A stretch of 64,000 nt of DNA from Alphaproteobacteria bacterium (GCA_964291395.2 OZ219856.1:1920001-1984000); one strand, 5' to 3'; shown: positions 30,719-41,656, counted from the stretch's first letter. Notes: generated from the letters alone by a model not told the origin. Made by a program: numbers and translations.

Positions 30719-31180
30719 CTATAGAACTTCGAACACCCGGTAGCTGGGACCGTCGGGCCGGCGCCAGCCCGTCGCGACCGAAACCGTCCGGGTCAGCCAG
30801 GCGTAGCGCTCGTCCCCCGTCTCGTAGAACGGGGCGGCGCGCTGATAGTACTCGGACGGATCGACCTCCTCGCCGTTGGCGAGACGCTCGAGCACCTCGG
30901 CAGGCCCGTGGCGATAGCCCCGGTAGAACATGTAGATCGCGGCGCCGTCGTCGGTCTGCAGGGTCAGGCGCACGTCGAGCTGGGTGACTCCGTCGGTTCG
31001 GTTGAGCAGCCAGTCTCCGCCGCCCGGCAGAACGGTCCCTTTCAGCCGTTCGCCTTCGAAGGTGCCGCCCGTGATCGAGGCGACGAGGCGCCTGCCGAGA
31101 TGCCCGAGGCCCGTGTCGACGTAGTCCGGATCGACGCCGAGATGCATGTCGAAAAGATGTGCCGTGGCGATTTCGGTCAT
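30719..31180 (-). CDS. DUF3237 family protein
   Basis: GGTFEGERLKGTVLPGGGDW...LDVR...FYETGDERYAWL. Confidence 0.88.
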   Translation of the reverse strand: MTEIATAHLFDMHLGVDPDYVDTGLGHLGRRLVASITGGTFEGERLKGTVLPGGGDWLLNRTDGVTQLDVRLTLQTDDGAAIYMFYRGYRHGPAEVLERLANGEEVDPSEYYQRAAPFYETGDERYAWLTRTVSVATGWRRPDGPSYRVFEVL

Positions 31181-32124
31181 GCCCCTCCTCCTTCCCGGAC
31201 CTGCCCGATGTAGTTCTCGAGTCCGCTCCGCATGTCGGGAAACTCCGGTTCGTAGCCGAAGGTCTCGCGGGCCCGCGTGTAGTCCATGGCGCCCTTCCTG
31301 GGCATCCGGACGCCGCCCGGAAAGTGATATGGGCCCGAGGCGATGGAAACGTCGGCTCCGGGCACCAGGTCCTTGACGATATCGACCACTTCCCGGAAGG
31401 ACGTCGCGCGGCCGCTGCTGACGTTGTAGACCTCGTGCGGATGCTCCGGATGATCCAGGGAGCGGAGGATGCCCTGCACCACGTCGTACATGTGGGTGAA
31501 GTCGACGACGGTTTCGGCGCCTTCGGTCATATGGAAGCTGCGGCCGTCCAGCGCGGCGTCGATGAACGTGTTGGGCGGCCGCGGCCGCGGCAGTCCCGGG
31601 CCATAGATCCAGGACGTACGCAGGCAGATGCATTCGAGCCCGTGGAGCCTGTTGTAGGTGTGGCAGAAGTGCTCCACGGTCAGCTTGCTGATCCCGTAAG
31701 GCAGGAACGGCACCTGGTAGTCGGTCTCGGTGTTGATCTCGTTCATCTCACCCCAGGTCTCCTCGGTGCTGAGGAAGATCATGCGCTTGACGTCAAAGAG
31801 GCGCATGGCCTCCATGACGTTGAGGCTGCCGCCCACGTTGACCTCCATGACCCGCCAGGGATTGCCCATGGTCGGACCCGCGCCCACCGCCGCCGCCAGA
31901 TGCACGACGGCATCGGGGCGGTGCGCCCTGAAAGCCTGGGCGAGTTGCGGAAGGCTGGTGGCGTCGCCGGTGACGGCCGTGACATCCGCGCCACCGTCCG
32001 CCAGCGCCCGCAACGGTTCGGATATCGCGACGTCAAAGGCGACGACGCCGTCACCGCGCGCGACCAACCTCTCGAGAAGCGCCATTCCCGTGAAGCCACC
32101 GGCGCCCGTCACGAATACCTTCAT
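31177..32124 (-). CDS. NAD-dependent epimerase/dehydratase (extended SDR)
   Basis: VTGAGGFTG, HLAA, YGISK. Confidence 0.88.
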   Translation of the reverse strand: MKVFVTGAGGFTGMALLERLVARGDGVVAFDVAISEPLRALADGGADVTAVTGDATSLPQLAQAFRAHRPDAVVHLAAAVGAGPTMGNPWRVMEVNVGGSLNVMEAMRLFDVKRMIFLSTEETWGEMNEINTETDYQVPFLPYGISKLTVEHFCHTYNRLHGLECICLRTSWIYGPGLPRPRPPNTFIDAALDGRSFHMTEGAETVVDFTHMYDVVQGILRSLDHPEHPHEVYNVSSGRATSFREVVDIVKDLVPGADVSIASGPYHFPGGVRMPRKGAMDYTRARETFGYEPEFPDMRSGLENYIGQVREGGGA

Positions 32125-32153
32125 CTGTCCTCTCCGGATCGCCCGCGGCGACG

Positions 32154-33179
32154 CTACAACCGATACACCCGCGCCGCCGTGTCGTGGTAAAGGGCCGCCT
32201 TCTCGGCGTCCGAATAGTTCGCGGTCAGGCGCTTGAACGAATTCCACAGCACGACGTAGCCGCAGCTGATCATGTCGACGGGAAAGTTGGACTCGAACAT
32301 GCAACGGTCCGGACCGAAGGCGTCGATGGTGTGCTCGTAATAGCGTCGCGTCGCCTCCATGAGCTCGACGCTGGTCGGCGGCCGCTCCCGCTCGTGCCAG
32401 CCGAAGCCGTTGAGATCCATGTTGATGCCGCCGAGCTTGGCGACCACGTTGGGGCAGGTCGCGAGATCGGCAATGTCCCGACTCCAGCTCTCGAATATCT
32501 CGTCCCGCCTGTCCGCATAGGAACCGACCCCGAGCGGTCCGCCGAAATGATCGAGGACGATCGTGGTGCCGGGAAAGGCGCGGGCGAGGTCGGCGACCTC
32601 GGGCAACTGGGGATGGAAACACCACGCCTCGAAGCTGAGGTCCCGCGGGCCCAGCTCGGAGAACCCCTCGCGGAATTTCGAGTCGAGCATCAGGCTCGGC
32701 CCCGAATTCGTGCGCGGCGGCGGGAAGTGACCCGTCTCCTCCCAGGTCACGATGTGCCGGATACCGCGAAAGCGGCCGCCACCCGCGGCGATTTGCGCAT
32801 CGAGCACGGCACCGACGGCGCTTCCCAGCGACAGGTTCGCGTGGCCCACGATCCCCGCCGCGATACGCGCGTCGCCGTAGAGGCCCGAGGCGCTCATGGC
32901 CGCGATGCCGTTGACGAACTCGACCTCCCCGACGACCCGCATCTCCTCGGGACCGTCCTTCCTGTACATCGCGGCGCACTCGATGAAGACCGTCGAGACG
33001 ATGTTGTGCCCGGCGTTGATATCCGCCAGGAGATCGTCGAGCAGGTAATGATGGACCGGCCGTTCGTACCGGAATTCCCAGAAATGATGGTGGGGGTCGC
33101 AGATCGGCAGGTCGGGCTCGAGCGCTTCCTCGACCGTCTTGTCGATCCATTCCTTGTTCGTCGAATCAACCGTGGGCAT
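32154..33179 (-). CDS. Amidohydrolase_2 family (lactonase-like)
   Basis: CDPHHH, RFRGIRH, LDHFGGP, CMFESNFPVD. Confidence 0.88.
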   Translation of the reverse strand: MPTVDSTNKEWIDKTVEEALEPDLPICDPHHHFWEFRYERPVHHYLLDDLLADINAGHNIVSTVFIECAAMYRKDGPEEMRVVGEVEFVNGIAAMSASGLYGDARIAAGIVGHANLSLGSAVGAVLDAQIAAGGGRFRGIRHIVTWEETGHFPPPRTNSGPSLMLDSKFREGFSELGPRDLSFEAWCFHPQLPEVADLARAFPGTTIVLDHFGGPLGVGSYADRRDEIFESWSRDIADLATCPNVVAKLGGINMDLNGFGWHERERPPTSVELMEATRRYYEHTIDAFGPDRCMFESNFPVDMISCGYVVLWNSFKRLTANYSDAEKAALYHDTAARVYRL

Positions 33180-33356
33180 CGAAGTTTCCGCCGCTGGCAG
33201 TTGCGTGGTCCGCCCGGCCGGACCGTCGCGTAAAGCGGACCGCGCCGCGCCGCCGGGCGCCGCAAACGTTAAGCGACTTTCGAGGTTCGCGATAGGGCCG
33301 ACGACCCGTCAGGGACGGCGCGTGAGCGACGACGAGGAGCCGGAGGGCCTCGCCAC

Positions 33357-34631
33357 TCATCCCAGGCATGTCCGGACCTGATTGGCGGTGAAGACCAGTT
33401 GGTGGAGCCGGGCCATGACCGGGGCCGAGGGAACCGCCTTCGGACCGGTGACCGGCAGAGGGAGAGCCTCTTCCTTGCCGCCGTCCAGCAGCTCGGCCAT
33501 GGCTTGGCCGAACACGGTGCCGGGCGCGATACCGCGTCCGTTGTATCCGATCGGTGTGTAGAGACCTTCGGCCAGACGATGGATGCGCGGCAGGTGATCC
33601 GGCGTCATGGCGAGCTGGCCGTGCCAGGATGCCTCGAAATCGACGCCGCCGAGCGCCGGAAAGATCCTCTCCAGATTCCGCTCCGCCCACCGCCGGGAGA
33701 GGCCCCGCTCGCCGCCCACAACCTTGCCCATGGATCCGATGATCAGCCGGCCAGACGCATCGCGGCGCAGGGAAAGCATGATGGTTCCCGTGTCCCACAA
33801 GCCCTGCCCTCCGGGCAGGATGGCCTTCGCGCGATCACCCAACGGAGTCGTCGCGAGCTGGAAGTAGTGGATGATCGTGAAGGTACGCCTGAGACCCGGC
33901 CACAGATCGTCGGAATAGGCGTTGGTGCCCAACACCACCGAGTCGGCCGTGACGGTGCCCCGATCGGTGTGGACGGTCCATTTGCCGCTCTCGCGGCGCA
34001 GCCCGCGTGCCGTCACACCCGTCGAGACCCTCGCGCCCGCCGCCAGCGCCGCGCGGGCCAGACCGCGGACGTAGCCCATCGGATTGATCGTTCCCGCGCG
34101 GTGATCCAGCAATCCACCGAAAAAGGCCGTGCTGCCGATTCTCTCCGATGCCTTCTCTCGGGACAGCAGGTCCACGGGCGCACCGAGCCGGTACCACTCC
34201 TCGGCGCGCCGCGCGAGACCTTCGTATCCTTTCGAAGAATGCGCGGCATGAATCGTGCCTTTGCGGCTCGCTTCGCAGCGGATCTGATGGCGCTCGATGA
34301 GCGAAAATACGTAAGCCGGTGCCTCGCTCAACACCGTGATCAGGCGCGATCCGCGTTCCTCGCCGAGCCGCGCGCGCACATCCTGCGGCGGCAACCAGAC
34401 ACCGGCATTGACAAGTCCGGCGTTGCGGCCGGAGCCTCCATATCCGACGTGACCGGCCTCCAGGACATGACAGTCGATTCCGCGCTCGGCCGCGTGGAGC
34501 GCCGTCGAGAGTCCCGTATAGCCGCCACCGACGATGGCCACGTCCGTGGCGACGTCGCCGATCATCGGGAAAGCATGATCGGCTTCCTCGGCCGTGACGT
34601 CCCAGAGCGAGATTCTCGGACGATCGTTCAT
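33357..34631 (-). CDS. FAD-dependent oxidoreductase (DAO/PuuB family)
   Basis: IVGGGYTG, GSGRNAG, GYNGRG. Confidence 0.88.
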   Translation of the reverse strand: MNDRPRISLWDVTAEEADHAFPMIGDVATDVAIVGGGYTGLSTALHAAERGIDCHVLEAGHVGYGGSGRNAGLVNAGVWLPPQDVRARLGEERGSRLITVLSEAPAYVFSLIERHQIRCEASRKGTIHAAHSSKGYEGLARRAEEWYRLGAPVDLLSREKASERIGSTAFFGGLLDHRAGTINPMGYVRGLARAALAAGARVSTGVTARGLRRESGKWTVHTDRGTVTADSVVLGTNAYSDDLWPGLRRTFTIIHYFQLATTPLGDRAKAILPGGQGLWDTGTIMLSLRRDASGRLIIGSMGKVVGGERGLSRRWAERNLERIFPALGGVDFEASWHGQLAMTPDHLPRIHRLAEGLYTPIGYNGRGIAPGTVFGQAMAELLDGGKEEALPLPVTGPKAVPSAPVMARLHQLVFTANQVRTCLG

Positions 34632-34904
34632 GGCGACGGATCGATCGGAAAAGCCTGGCGCGGCCGACCGCTTCGGGTGGAAGACCACGCTGCATGGAAA
34701 CCGGTCACGACACCAATCCTGACGGCGGGACGTGCAGCAGCAGCCTATTCGAACGTCGACAGAAGAGCGAACCCGCGGCGGACGAACTCCCGGGGCCAGC
34801 GCAGTACGGCGGCCGCGGCGAACCATGGGCCGTCCGGCGGCCGTCGGCCGCCACGCCGGGGTTGGTTTCAGCCGACTCCACCAAGCCATTCGCTTCAGGA
34901 AAGA

Positions 34905-35354
34905 TCATTTTTCCCGACGGCCTTCGAACAGTTCCTTGCCCTCGCCGCCGAACCGGGTTGCGAAGTAGCCGATGATCAGACCGACGATCCCACCCTCGAG
35001 CGTAAACCAGAAAGGCGAGGTGAACGCATTCGTTGCACCGAACATCGCCACCAACGCGGCGGCCATAGCGTCGTAGGCGAAGAAGGTGAGAACGAAGTTC
35101 ATCCAAGCGCCGATCAGCGGTGCCTGGAACCACCAGGGCATCGGCAGATGCAGTACCGGGTGGCGGGTGAAAACGCCGGACAGGCCGATGAAGGCGCCCA
35201 TGGTGGGGTACCACAGCAGGATGCCCCATCGGATGAGCGGGTCGGCTTCGGGCCAGAACGCCGGCATCGAGACGAAACCGATCAACCCGATTGCGAACCC
35301 GACCAGCTTGCCGATCGCGATGCGAGCCGTCAGAGAAGGTTTGCCGAATATCAT
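34905..35354 (-). CDS. Hypothetical four-TM membrane protein
   Basis: Hydrophobic 149 aa ORF with a GAGGGG RBS. Confidence 0.7.
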   Translation of the reverse strand: MIFGKPSLTARIAIGKLVGFAIGLIGFVSMPAFWPEADPLIRWGILLWYPTMGAFIGLSGVFTRHPVLHLPMPWWFQAPLIGAWMNFVLTFFAYDAMAAALVAMFGATNAFTSPFWFTLEGGIVGLIIGYFATRFGGEGKELFEGRREK

Positions 35355-35538
35355 CGCTCATCCCCTCGCAGCAGAATCGACCGGCGACCCTGCGTTCCCG
35401 TAGTCCCCCCAGAGAATCCGGTCAACTCCACCATCGCTCCTCCTTGTGCTAGTGTTCGCGGGAGGAGGTCGCGAGCATGCGATCTCCACCGAGGGTGAAC
35501 GAGCCCGACCGCGGGTATCGTTCCGAGGGAGGATCAAC

Positions 35539-36597
35539 ATGCAAAAAGCGATAGCTACTCTCAGTTCCGTTGCCTTGGTTGCATTGGTCACGATCGGTGC
35601 CGCGAATTCGGTACAAGCACAGGACAAGATAAACCTGGTCCTGGGCTCAGCCGACAACCCACTCTGGACGTCCGCCATCGTCGCAGAAGAACATATGCCC
35701 AAGCTTCTCGACGAGTATTCGGACGGCCGCATCACCACGGAAAGGTTTTTCGGAGGCAAGCTCTGCAGCGAGCACAACTGCGTCGAGCAGATGGGCCAGG
35801 GTACCGTCGATATCGCGAAGATCTCGCTCTACAACGTCGGCGCTTTCGGACAGACCTTCGACTTCATCAATCTGCCGCTGCTGTGGAAGGACGCCGACGC
35901 CGTCAAAGACATCTTCGATCGCTGGCTCTGGGACGAAGTGCGCGCCCGGGCCGCGGAGGAACTGGGATTTCATTTCCAGAGCCTCGCTTTCCTGTGCGGC
36001 TTTCGCCAACACCTGAACAACGTCCGTCAGGTGAAAACGCCAGCGGACATCGAGGGCATCAAGATCCGGGTCACCAAGAGCCCGATCGACTTCGAACTGC
36101 ACAAGAGCTGGGGCGCCGTACCCGTTCCCTACGATTGGTCACAACTTTACATGGGACTCCAGGCCAACATCGTCAACGGCATCTACATTCCGGATTGCCA
36201 TCTCGTCCTCGACAAGCACGATGAAGTGATCTCCCACGCAACGATCATCGACGGGACGTGGAACGGCCAGATGCAGCTCATGGATCTCAAGCGGTTCCAG
36301 AAGTATCCGCAGTGGGCGCAGGACGCCATCGCAAGGACGGGGCGCGAGCTGTTCGACATCTCCTACGAGCTGGACAAGAATTTCAACGAAAGCCAGCGCG
36401 CGGAGATCGAGAAGCGTGGCCGCGCCACGATCTACTTCCCCACCGAGGCGGAACTGGATCTCTGGCGCGAGGCGTCGCTCGGCGCGTGGAAGGCGATGAA
36501 GGGCCAGTTCGACGCCAAGCTGGTTCGGCGCATCCTCGAGGAGCAGGAGGGGATGACCAAATTCCTCGAGGTGGTGGAGTCGCGGGGACTGCTGTAG
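35539..36597 (+). CDS. dctP: TRAP transporter substrate-binding protein (orphan)
   Basis: Signal peptide, GFRQ, KIRV, WGAVPVP...LYMGLQ. Confidence 0.85.
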   Translation: MQKAIATLSSVALVALVTIGAANSVQAQDKINLVLGSADNPLWTSAIVAEEHMPKLLDEYSDGRITTERFFGGKLCSEHNCVEQMGQGTVDIAKISLYNVGAFGQTFDFINLPLLWKDADAVKDIFDRWLWDEVRARAAEELGFHFQSLAFLCGFRQHLNNVRQVKTPADIEGIKIRVTKSPIDFELHKSWGAVPVPYDWSQLYMGLQANIVNGIYIPDCHLVLDKHDEVISHATIIDGTWNGQMQLMDLKRFQKYPQWAQDAIARTGRELFDISYELDKNFNESQRAEIEKRGRATIYFPTEAELDLWREASLGAWKAMKGQFDAKLVRRILEEQEGMTKFLEVVESRGLL

Positions 36598-36630
36598 TCC
36601 GGCACGGAACTCACCGTACATCCGTTTTTT

Positions 36631-36663
36631 GGGGGGCACGCCGAACGGTGTGCCCCTCCTTTA
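36631..36663 (+). terminator. Putative intrinsic terminator
   Basis: GGGGCAC...GTGCCCC stem followed by TTT. Confidence 0.45.
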
Positions 36664-36894
36664 TGTGGATGCGCCGTTGCCATCGCGCAGAAGATGAATC
36701 GGCGGAACGGAGCCGGGTGGCCAGCCCGGCACGATGATCGTTTTCAGGAACCGGCAGCCGGCACCTGTCGCTGCCGGCGAGGAAGCCGAGCGCCCTGGAC
36801 CGGATAGCCTCGCCGGGGGAACGGCGGGCCGAGCGATGCCGATCCGAATCGAACGACGGTTTTCTTCAAAGGATACAGGAAGGGCGATCGAACC

Positions 36895-37764
36895 ATGAGG
36901 CGCGAAACGATCGGATTCATCGGGCTAGGCAACATCGGCAAGCCCATGGCGGACAACATCGCCCTGGCGGGCTTCGACATGGCGGTCTATGACGTCGCCG
37001 GTACGCCAGAGCGAGCGCCGGAGGGCGCGACGGTAGGTGGGTCGGCCGCCGAGGTCGCCGGCCAGTCCACCGCGATCTTCCTGAGTCTCCCCACCATCGA
37101 GGCCGTCGCGGCGGTCGTCGAGGAAATCGTCGAGAGCGACGCCGGTGACGACGTCATCGTGGTCAATACGTCCACGGTGTCGCCGGAAACCTCCGTGGCT
37201 GCGCATGAACGGCTCACGGCGCGAGGTATCGGCTATGTCGACGCGCCGATTTCCGGGGGTGTCCCGAAGGCGCGCGACAGAACCCTGACCGTCATATATT
37301 CGGGCGATGAAGCGGCTTTTGCCAGGCTGGAGCCGGTGTTTCAGGCGATCTCCGAGCACATCTTCCGTGTCGGCGACGAGGCCGGACAGGCTCAGCGCAT
37401 GAAGCTGCTGAACAACTACCTCGCCATCATCGCGATGGTCGCCAACAGCGAAGCGTTGGCCTACGGCACCGCAGGCGGTCTCGACATGAAAACCATGCTC
37501 GACGTGATCAACGTCTCGTCCGGACAGAACTTCATGAGCTCGACCTGGTTCCCGAGATGCCTGTTATCGGGCGTTTACCAGTGTTGGTCCACGGCGGGGA
37601 TCATTCACAAGGATCTCTCCCTGTTCGTGAAATCGGCTGCCGCCGAACACCGCAGTCATCACGCGGCACGGGCGGCGCTCGACGTCGTTGAGGCTTTCGC
37701 CGCCGAAGATCCCGAGGTCGATCAGATGTACATCTACGATTTCATTCGCGACAGGACGGGCTGA
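36895..37764 (+). CDS. 3-hydroxyisobutyrate/6-phosphogluconate dehydrogenase family oxidoreductase
   Basis: GFIGLGNIG, DAPISGG, MKLLNN. Confidence 0.9.
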   Translation: MRRETIGFIGLGNIGKPMADNIALAGFDMAVYDVAGTPERAPEGATVGGSAAEVAGQSTAIFLSLPTIEAVAAVVEEIVESDAGDDVIVVNTSTVSPETSVAAHERLTARGIGYVDAPISGGVPKARDRTLTVIYSGDEAAFARLEPVFQAISEHIFRVGDEAGQAQRMKLLNNYLAIIAMVANSEALAYGTAGGLDMKTMLDVINVSSGQNFMSSTWFPRCLLSGVYQCWSTAGIIHKDLSLFVKSAAAEHRSHHAARAALDVVEAFAAEDPEVDQMYIYDFIRDRTG

Positions 37765-38149
37765 CTCCGGACACCCGGACGGGGCAGAAAGGGTCGGGCG
37801 AGAAGGACAGCTCGATCGTCTGCCCTCAGGCGGGAGAGAGGTGATGCCCGCCTGAGGGCGCCCAGGCCACCGGACGGGAGGGAATGGGAAATCCGTCCGG
37901 CGTCCGACGGTGTTACCACGTGTACCAAGCTTGTTCCCCGATCATGACGGCGCCCGTCGATAAGAACAAATACCGTTTTCTTCCGGTTCAGATAAGAAAT
38001 TCTATGACTCTGGAGGCGTTGCCGGCAGGCAGCCGGGACGGGAAGAGACGTGCCAGCACACAGGACGGCGTCCGACGCCGCTCCCGGGGATCGGATTGCT
38101 CCGCAAGCCGAGCGCGTCATCGACACCTCGGTCCCCGGGCGCCTGCGCC

Positions 38150-38788
38150 TTACTCCGCCTTGGAGAAGTCTCCGGTGTCCGGGTTCATCGTCCACAGTTC
38201 GCCGTCGGCGACATCGAACCAGGCGCCGTGCAGGCTGAGCCGGTTGCTGTTCTCGAGAATCGAGACATAAGGGAAGGTTCGCAGGTTCGCGATCGAACAG
38301 CGTACCGACGCGCGTTCGAGAGCGGTTTGCTGCTCGGCGCCCGTCAACCGGCCGTCGCCCGCTATGGCGCGTGCGGCGGGCCGGAGCGGTTTCATCCAAT
38401 TGCCGACGAAGTCGCCTGGAGACAGCGGTTCCGCCGTCGGATGCAGTACCGCCCGGATACCGCCGCAGCGCCCGTGGCCGAGCACGACGATGTGCCTGAC
38501 CTTCAGGCTCTGCACAGCGAATTCGAGCGCGGCGGAGGTGGCATGACAAGCGCCGTCCGGTTCATGGGGCGGCACCAGATTGGCGACGTTGCGGACGACG
38601 AAGATCTCGCCCGGGGCGGCATCGAAGATGGTCTCCGGCGCCGACCGGGAATCGCAGCAGGCGATCATCATGATCTCCGGCGCTTGCCCGGACTCAGCGA
38701 GCGAGCGGTAAAGGGCGTGTTCCCGGGCATACCGGTTGTCCTTGAACGAACGGTAGCCATCGAGAAGCGATCCGGGGAAACTGGTCAT
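38150..38788 (-). CDS. Beta-class carbonic anhydrase
   Basis: CCDSR, RNVAN, HGRCGG. Confidence 0.93.
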   Translation of the reverse strand: MTSFPGSLLDGYRSFKDNRYAREHALYRSLAESGQAPEIMMIACCDSRSAPETIFDAAPGEIFVVRNVANLVPPHEPDGACHATSAALEFAVQSLKVRHIVVLGHGRCGGIRAVLHPTAEPLSPGDFVGNWMKPLRPAARAIAGDGRLTGAEQQTALERASVRCSIANLRTFPYVSILENSNRLSLHGAWFDVADGELWTMNPDTGDFSKAE

Positions 38789-39268
38789 CGTGTTCGGCAA
38801 TTCAGATCGTGGGCGTGTTCAGAACATCCGAGGAGCCAAGTCCTGGACCCTTGGCTCCTCAGTCCATTCGCGGTGAGACTTCCGGCTCACCACCCTTTGA
38901 TTAAAGCCGCTCCCCATGGCAGGCGCAAACCCGACCCCGCGCGGAGCGCGGCAAACTCCGGCCTGTCACAGGGTGGCGCAGGTCGGCGCGAAAGGAGAGA
39001 TCCGCCGCCGACTTTCGTATTGATTTCATATCGAAATGACACGGTCGGGCTCGACGGCAGGGAGAAGGGAGAAGACACCGGACCGTTCAGCGGAGTTCAA
39101 GGAAGGGGACTAGTGAAAAGTTCGGGGTCTCGTCGAGTCCATATGCATTATCTGTGTATCATTCCAATGATGGCAAGGCAGTTCACAATCGCCTCCGCAG
39201 CCCGGTCGATGAGGACCATCGGCGCCGATATCAGGGACCACGGGCCGTCTTAGACTTCACCGATACCG

Positions 39269-39385
39269 ATGGTCCTCATCCCCGGATTGCTGTCCGAGAC
39301 CCCCGACGTCACTATCGAGGAGCTGGGCCGGTGTCTTGCCGGGCACCGACCGGGCTACAGGTCGTGTTTCCGGGAACTCTGGAAG
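39269..39385 (+). mobile_element. Possible IS630-family transposase fragment
   Basis: LIPGLLSETPDVTIEELGRCLAG resembles the IS630 OrfA 'PDITIEEL' segment. The match is short. Confidence 0.35.
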
Positions 39386-39388
39386 CGG

Positions 39389-40444
39389 TCAGCCCCTGCC
39401 AAGACATTCGGAGAATGCATCGCCCAGACCGCGCATGATCTCGAACCAAGCGTCCGGGCCGGGCTCAACTTCGACACCGAGCGGGTCGAGAGCCGCAGTC
39501 CGGATTCCGGCTCCCTCGGCCACGGTCCGGACCAAGCCCGGCTCAAACTGGGGTTCGGTAAACATGCAGCGGACATCGTGCTCGTCGAGAGCGGCACGCA
39601 ACTCGGCGATCCGTTTTGCGCCCGGCGGGCGGGCGGGGTCGAGAGAGACGGCTCCCTTGCCGTTGAGCCCGAACGAAAACTCAAAATACTGATAGGCATC
39701 GTGGAATACGATGAACGCATGCGGGCGCACGGGCGCCAACCGGTTTCGAAGCGACGATTCCAGGGCGGCGATGCGGTCTCGCACCACCTCCGCGTTGCCG
39801 CGATAGGTCCCGGCACGGTCGGGGTCCAAGCGAGTGAGCGCGTCGGCGATGACATCGACAATGCGGCGAGCATTGGAGGGGTCGAGCCAGATATGCATGT
39901 TGAACTCGCCATGGTCATGGCCGTGGTCCTCGTGCTCGTCGACATGGGCCTCCGAATGGTCGTCGTGCTCGTCGACGAATGGTCCTCGGCCTCCGTGGGC
40001 CTCCGAATGGTCGTCGTGCTCGTCGACGTGGGCCTCCGAATGGTCGTCGTGTTCGTCGACATGGGCCTCCATATGGTCGTCGTCCCATATCCCGCCTTCG
40101 CGATTGGGCAGCAATCTTAGCCCCGCCGCCTCGTGCAGGGTCACGACCTTGGCCTTGGATCCAAGGTTCGCGATGGGGCGTTCGAGGAAGGTCTCCATGG
40201 CTTCGCCGATCCAGACGATCAGCTCCGCCTCGCTCAGCGCCCGAGCCTCGGACGGGCGCATCTGGTAGGTGTGAGGCGACGCGGCGCCCCCGAGCAGCAG
40301 CCGGGGCTTACCGGCTTCGCCCATTACGCCGGCGACCAAGGAATGGATCGGTTTGAGACTCACTACGACATCGGCCGCGCGCGTGTCCGGTGCGTGCACG
40401 ACGGCCAGGGCGCAGAGAACGGCGAAAACGAGCGCTTTACGCAT
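39389..40444 (-). CDS. znuA: Zinc ABC transporter substrate-binding protein
   Basis: SLKPIHSLV, ASPHTY, His-rich loop, HIWLDP, FHDAYQYF, EPQF. Confidence 0.93.
   Translation of the reverse strand: MRKALVFAVLCALAVVHAPDTRAADVVVSLKPIHSLVAGVMGEAGKPRLLLGGAASPHTYQMRPSEARALSEAELIVWIGEAMETFLERPIANLGSKAKVVTLHEAAGLRLLPNREGGIWDDDHMEAHVDEHDDHSEAHVDEHDDHSEAHGGRGPFVDEHDDHSEAHVDEHEDHGHDHGEFNMHIWLDPSNARRIVDVIADALTRLDPDRAGTYRGNAEVVRDRIAALESSLRNRLAPVRPHAFIVFHDAYQYFEFSFGLNGKGAVSLDPARPPGAKRIAELRAALDEHDVRCMFTEPQFEPGLVRTVAEGAGIRTAALDPLGVEVEPGPDAWFEIMRGLGDAFSECLGRG
39927..40080. repeat. Imperfect 33-bp tandem repeats encoding the ZnuA His/Asp loop (EAHVDEHDDHS)
   Basis: Repeated GGCCTCCGAATGGTCGTCGTGCTCGTCGAC units. 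Confidence 0.85.
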
Positions 40445-40682
40445 GGTCAGACCCCTTAATCGATGGCCGAGCGAGAGCGATGGTTGGCCAGCAGAACGCA
40501 TCGCCGGGTTCCGGAAACCAGTGACTTTGAATGACCGTGCGACAGGCGGAACGCGCGGAGCCCCGTCCGTCTCCGGCCATCGAGACGCCGGCTCTCCATA
40601 TGGAACGAAACAGTCGGTTTCGAGCCTCATCACGTTGTCGAGCAGAGCCAAAACACGGCCTCGGGCAAACGACCCTTGATTA

Positions 40683-40700
40683 GTAATGTTATATAATATA
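40683..40700. promoter_or_regulatory. Putative Zur box between divergent znuA and znuCB
   Basis: GTAATGTTATATAATATA, an AT-rich island with one good ATGTTAT half site. Confidence 0.6.
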
Positions 40701-40840
40701 GAGCTTTTTGCAATGCTCTCCTCCAAGAGAGCCTCCATAATCGGCGACGCATCCGCCGATACCCTGGAGACGGCACCGCTCGTGAAGACCAATGGGGTAA
40801 GCACGGGAAACGTCACTTTGCGGTGTCCAAGGATTTCCCC

Positions 40841-41656
40841 ATGACCCCCACACCGTCCGGTGACCCCAAGCACCCCATGCCGCTCATCGAGGCGCAGGGC
40901 GTGAGCGTAAGCTTCGGGCGGCGGAACGTGCTCGACGCGGTAGACCTCAAGGTCCGCGCCGGAGAGATCGTGACCTTGGTGGGGCTCAACGGCGCGGGCA
41001 AATCGACGCTCATCCGCGCCATACTCGGCATCATCCGGCCGGATCTCGGCAAGATAATGCGCGCTCCCGGCCTGCGCATCGGCTATTCGCCGCAGCACGT
41101 ACACCGCGACCCGATCCTGCCGATGACGGTGCAGCGTTTTCTGACCCTTGGCGCACCGGCGCCGCGCGAAAAGCTCGAAGCCATGCTCGACGAGGTCGGT
41201 GCCGATGCCATTCTCGATTATCCGCTGGCGGAGATCTCCGGTGGAGAAATGCAGCGCGTGCTGCTCGCACGGGCGCTGCTGCGCGAGCCCGGCCTGCTCG
41301 TTCTCGACGAGCCACTAGCGGGTGTCGACGTCACCAGTCAGAGCGATCTCTACCGGCTGATCGCGACGATTCGGGATCGCTACGGCTGCGGGGTGCTCCT
41401 GGTCTCGCACGATCTCCATCTGGTCATGGCCGCGACGGATACCGTGGTGTGCCTCAACCGGCACGTGTGCTGCACGGGTCAGCCGCAGATGGTGCTGCAC
41501 GACCCCGAGTTCATCTCTCTTTTCGGTCCGCACCTGTCGGACACGCTCGCGATCTACCGGCACTTGCACGATCACCGCCACGACGCGCTTGGCGAACCGC
41601 TGCCGATCGATTCCGGTGTATCGCAGGGATCTCATACATCCGGCCAGCATCCGTGA
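40841..41656 (+). CDS. znuC: Zinc ABC transporter ATP-binding protein
   Basis: GLNGAGKS, ISGGEMQR, VSHDLHLVM, CLNRHVCC, His-rich tail. Confidence 0.93.
   Translation: MTPTPSGDPKHPMPLIEAQGVSVSFGRRNVLDAVDLKVRAGEIVTLVGLNGAGKSTLIRAILGIIRPDLGKIMRAPGLRIGYSPQHVHRDPILPMTVQRFLTLGAPAPREKLEAMLDEVGADAILDYPLAEISGGEMQRVLLARALLREPGLLVLDEPLAGVDVTSQSDLYRLIATIRDRYGCGVLLVSHDLHLVMAATDTVVCLNRHVCCTGQPQMVLHDPEFISLFGPHLSDTLAIYRHLHDHRHDALGEPLPIDSGVSQGSHTSGQHP

Noticed and set aside
39927-40080. CRISPR-like repeats
   Set aside because: In-frame coding repeats of the ZnuA His loop, with no unique spacers and no cas genes.
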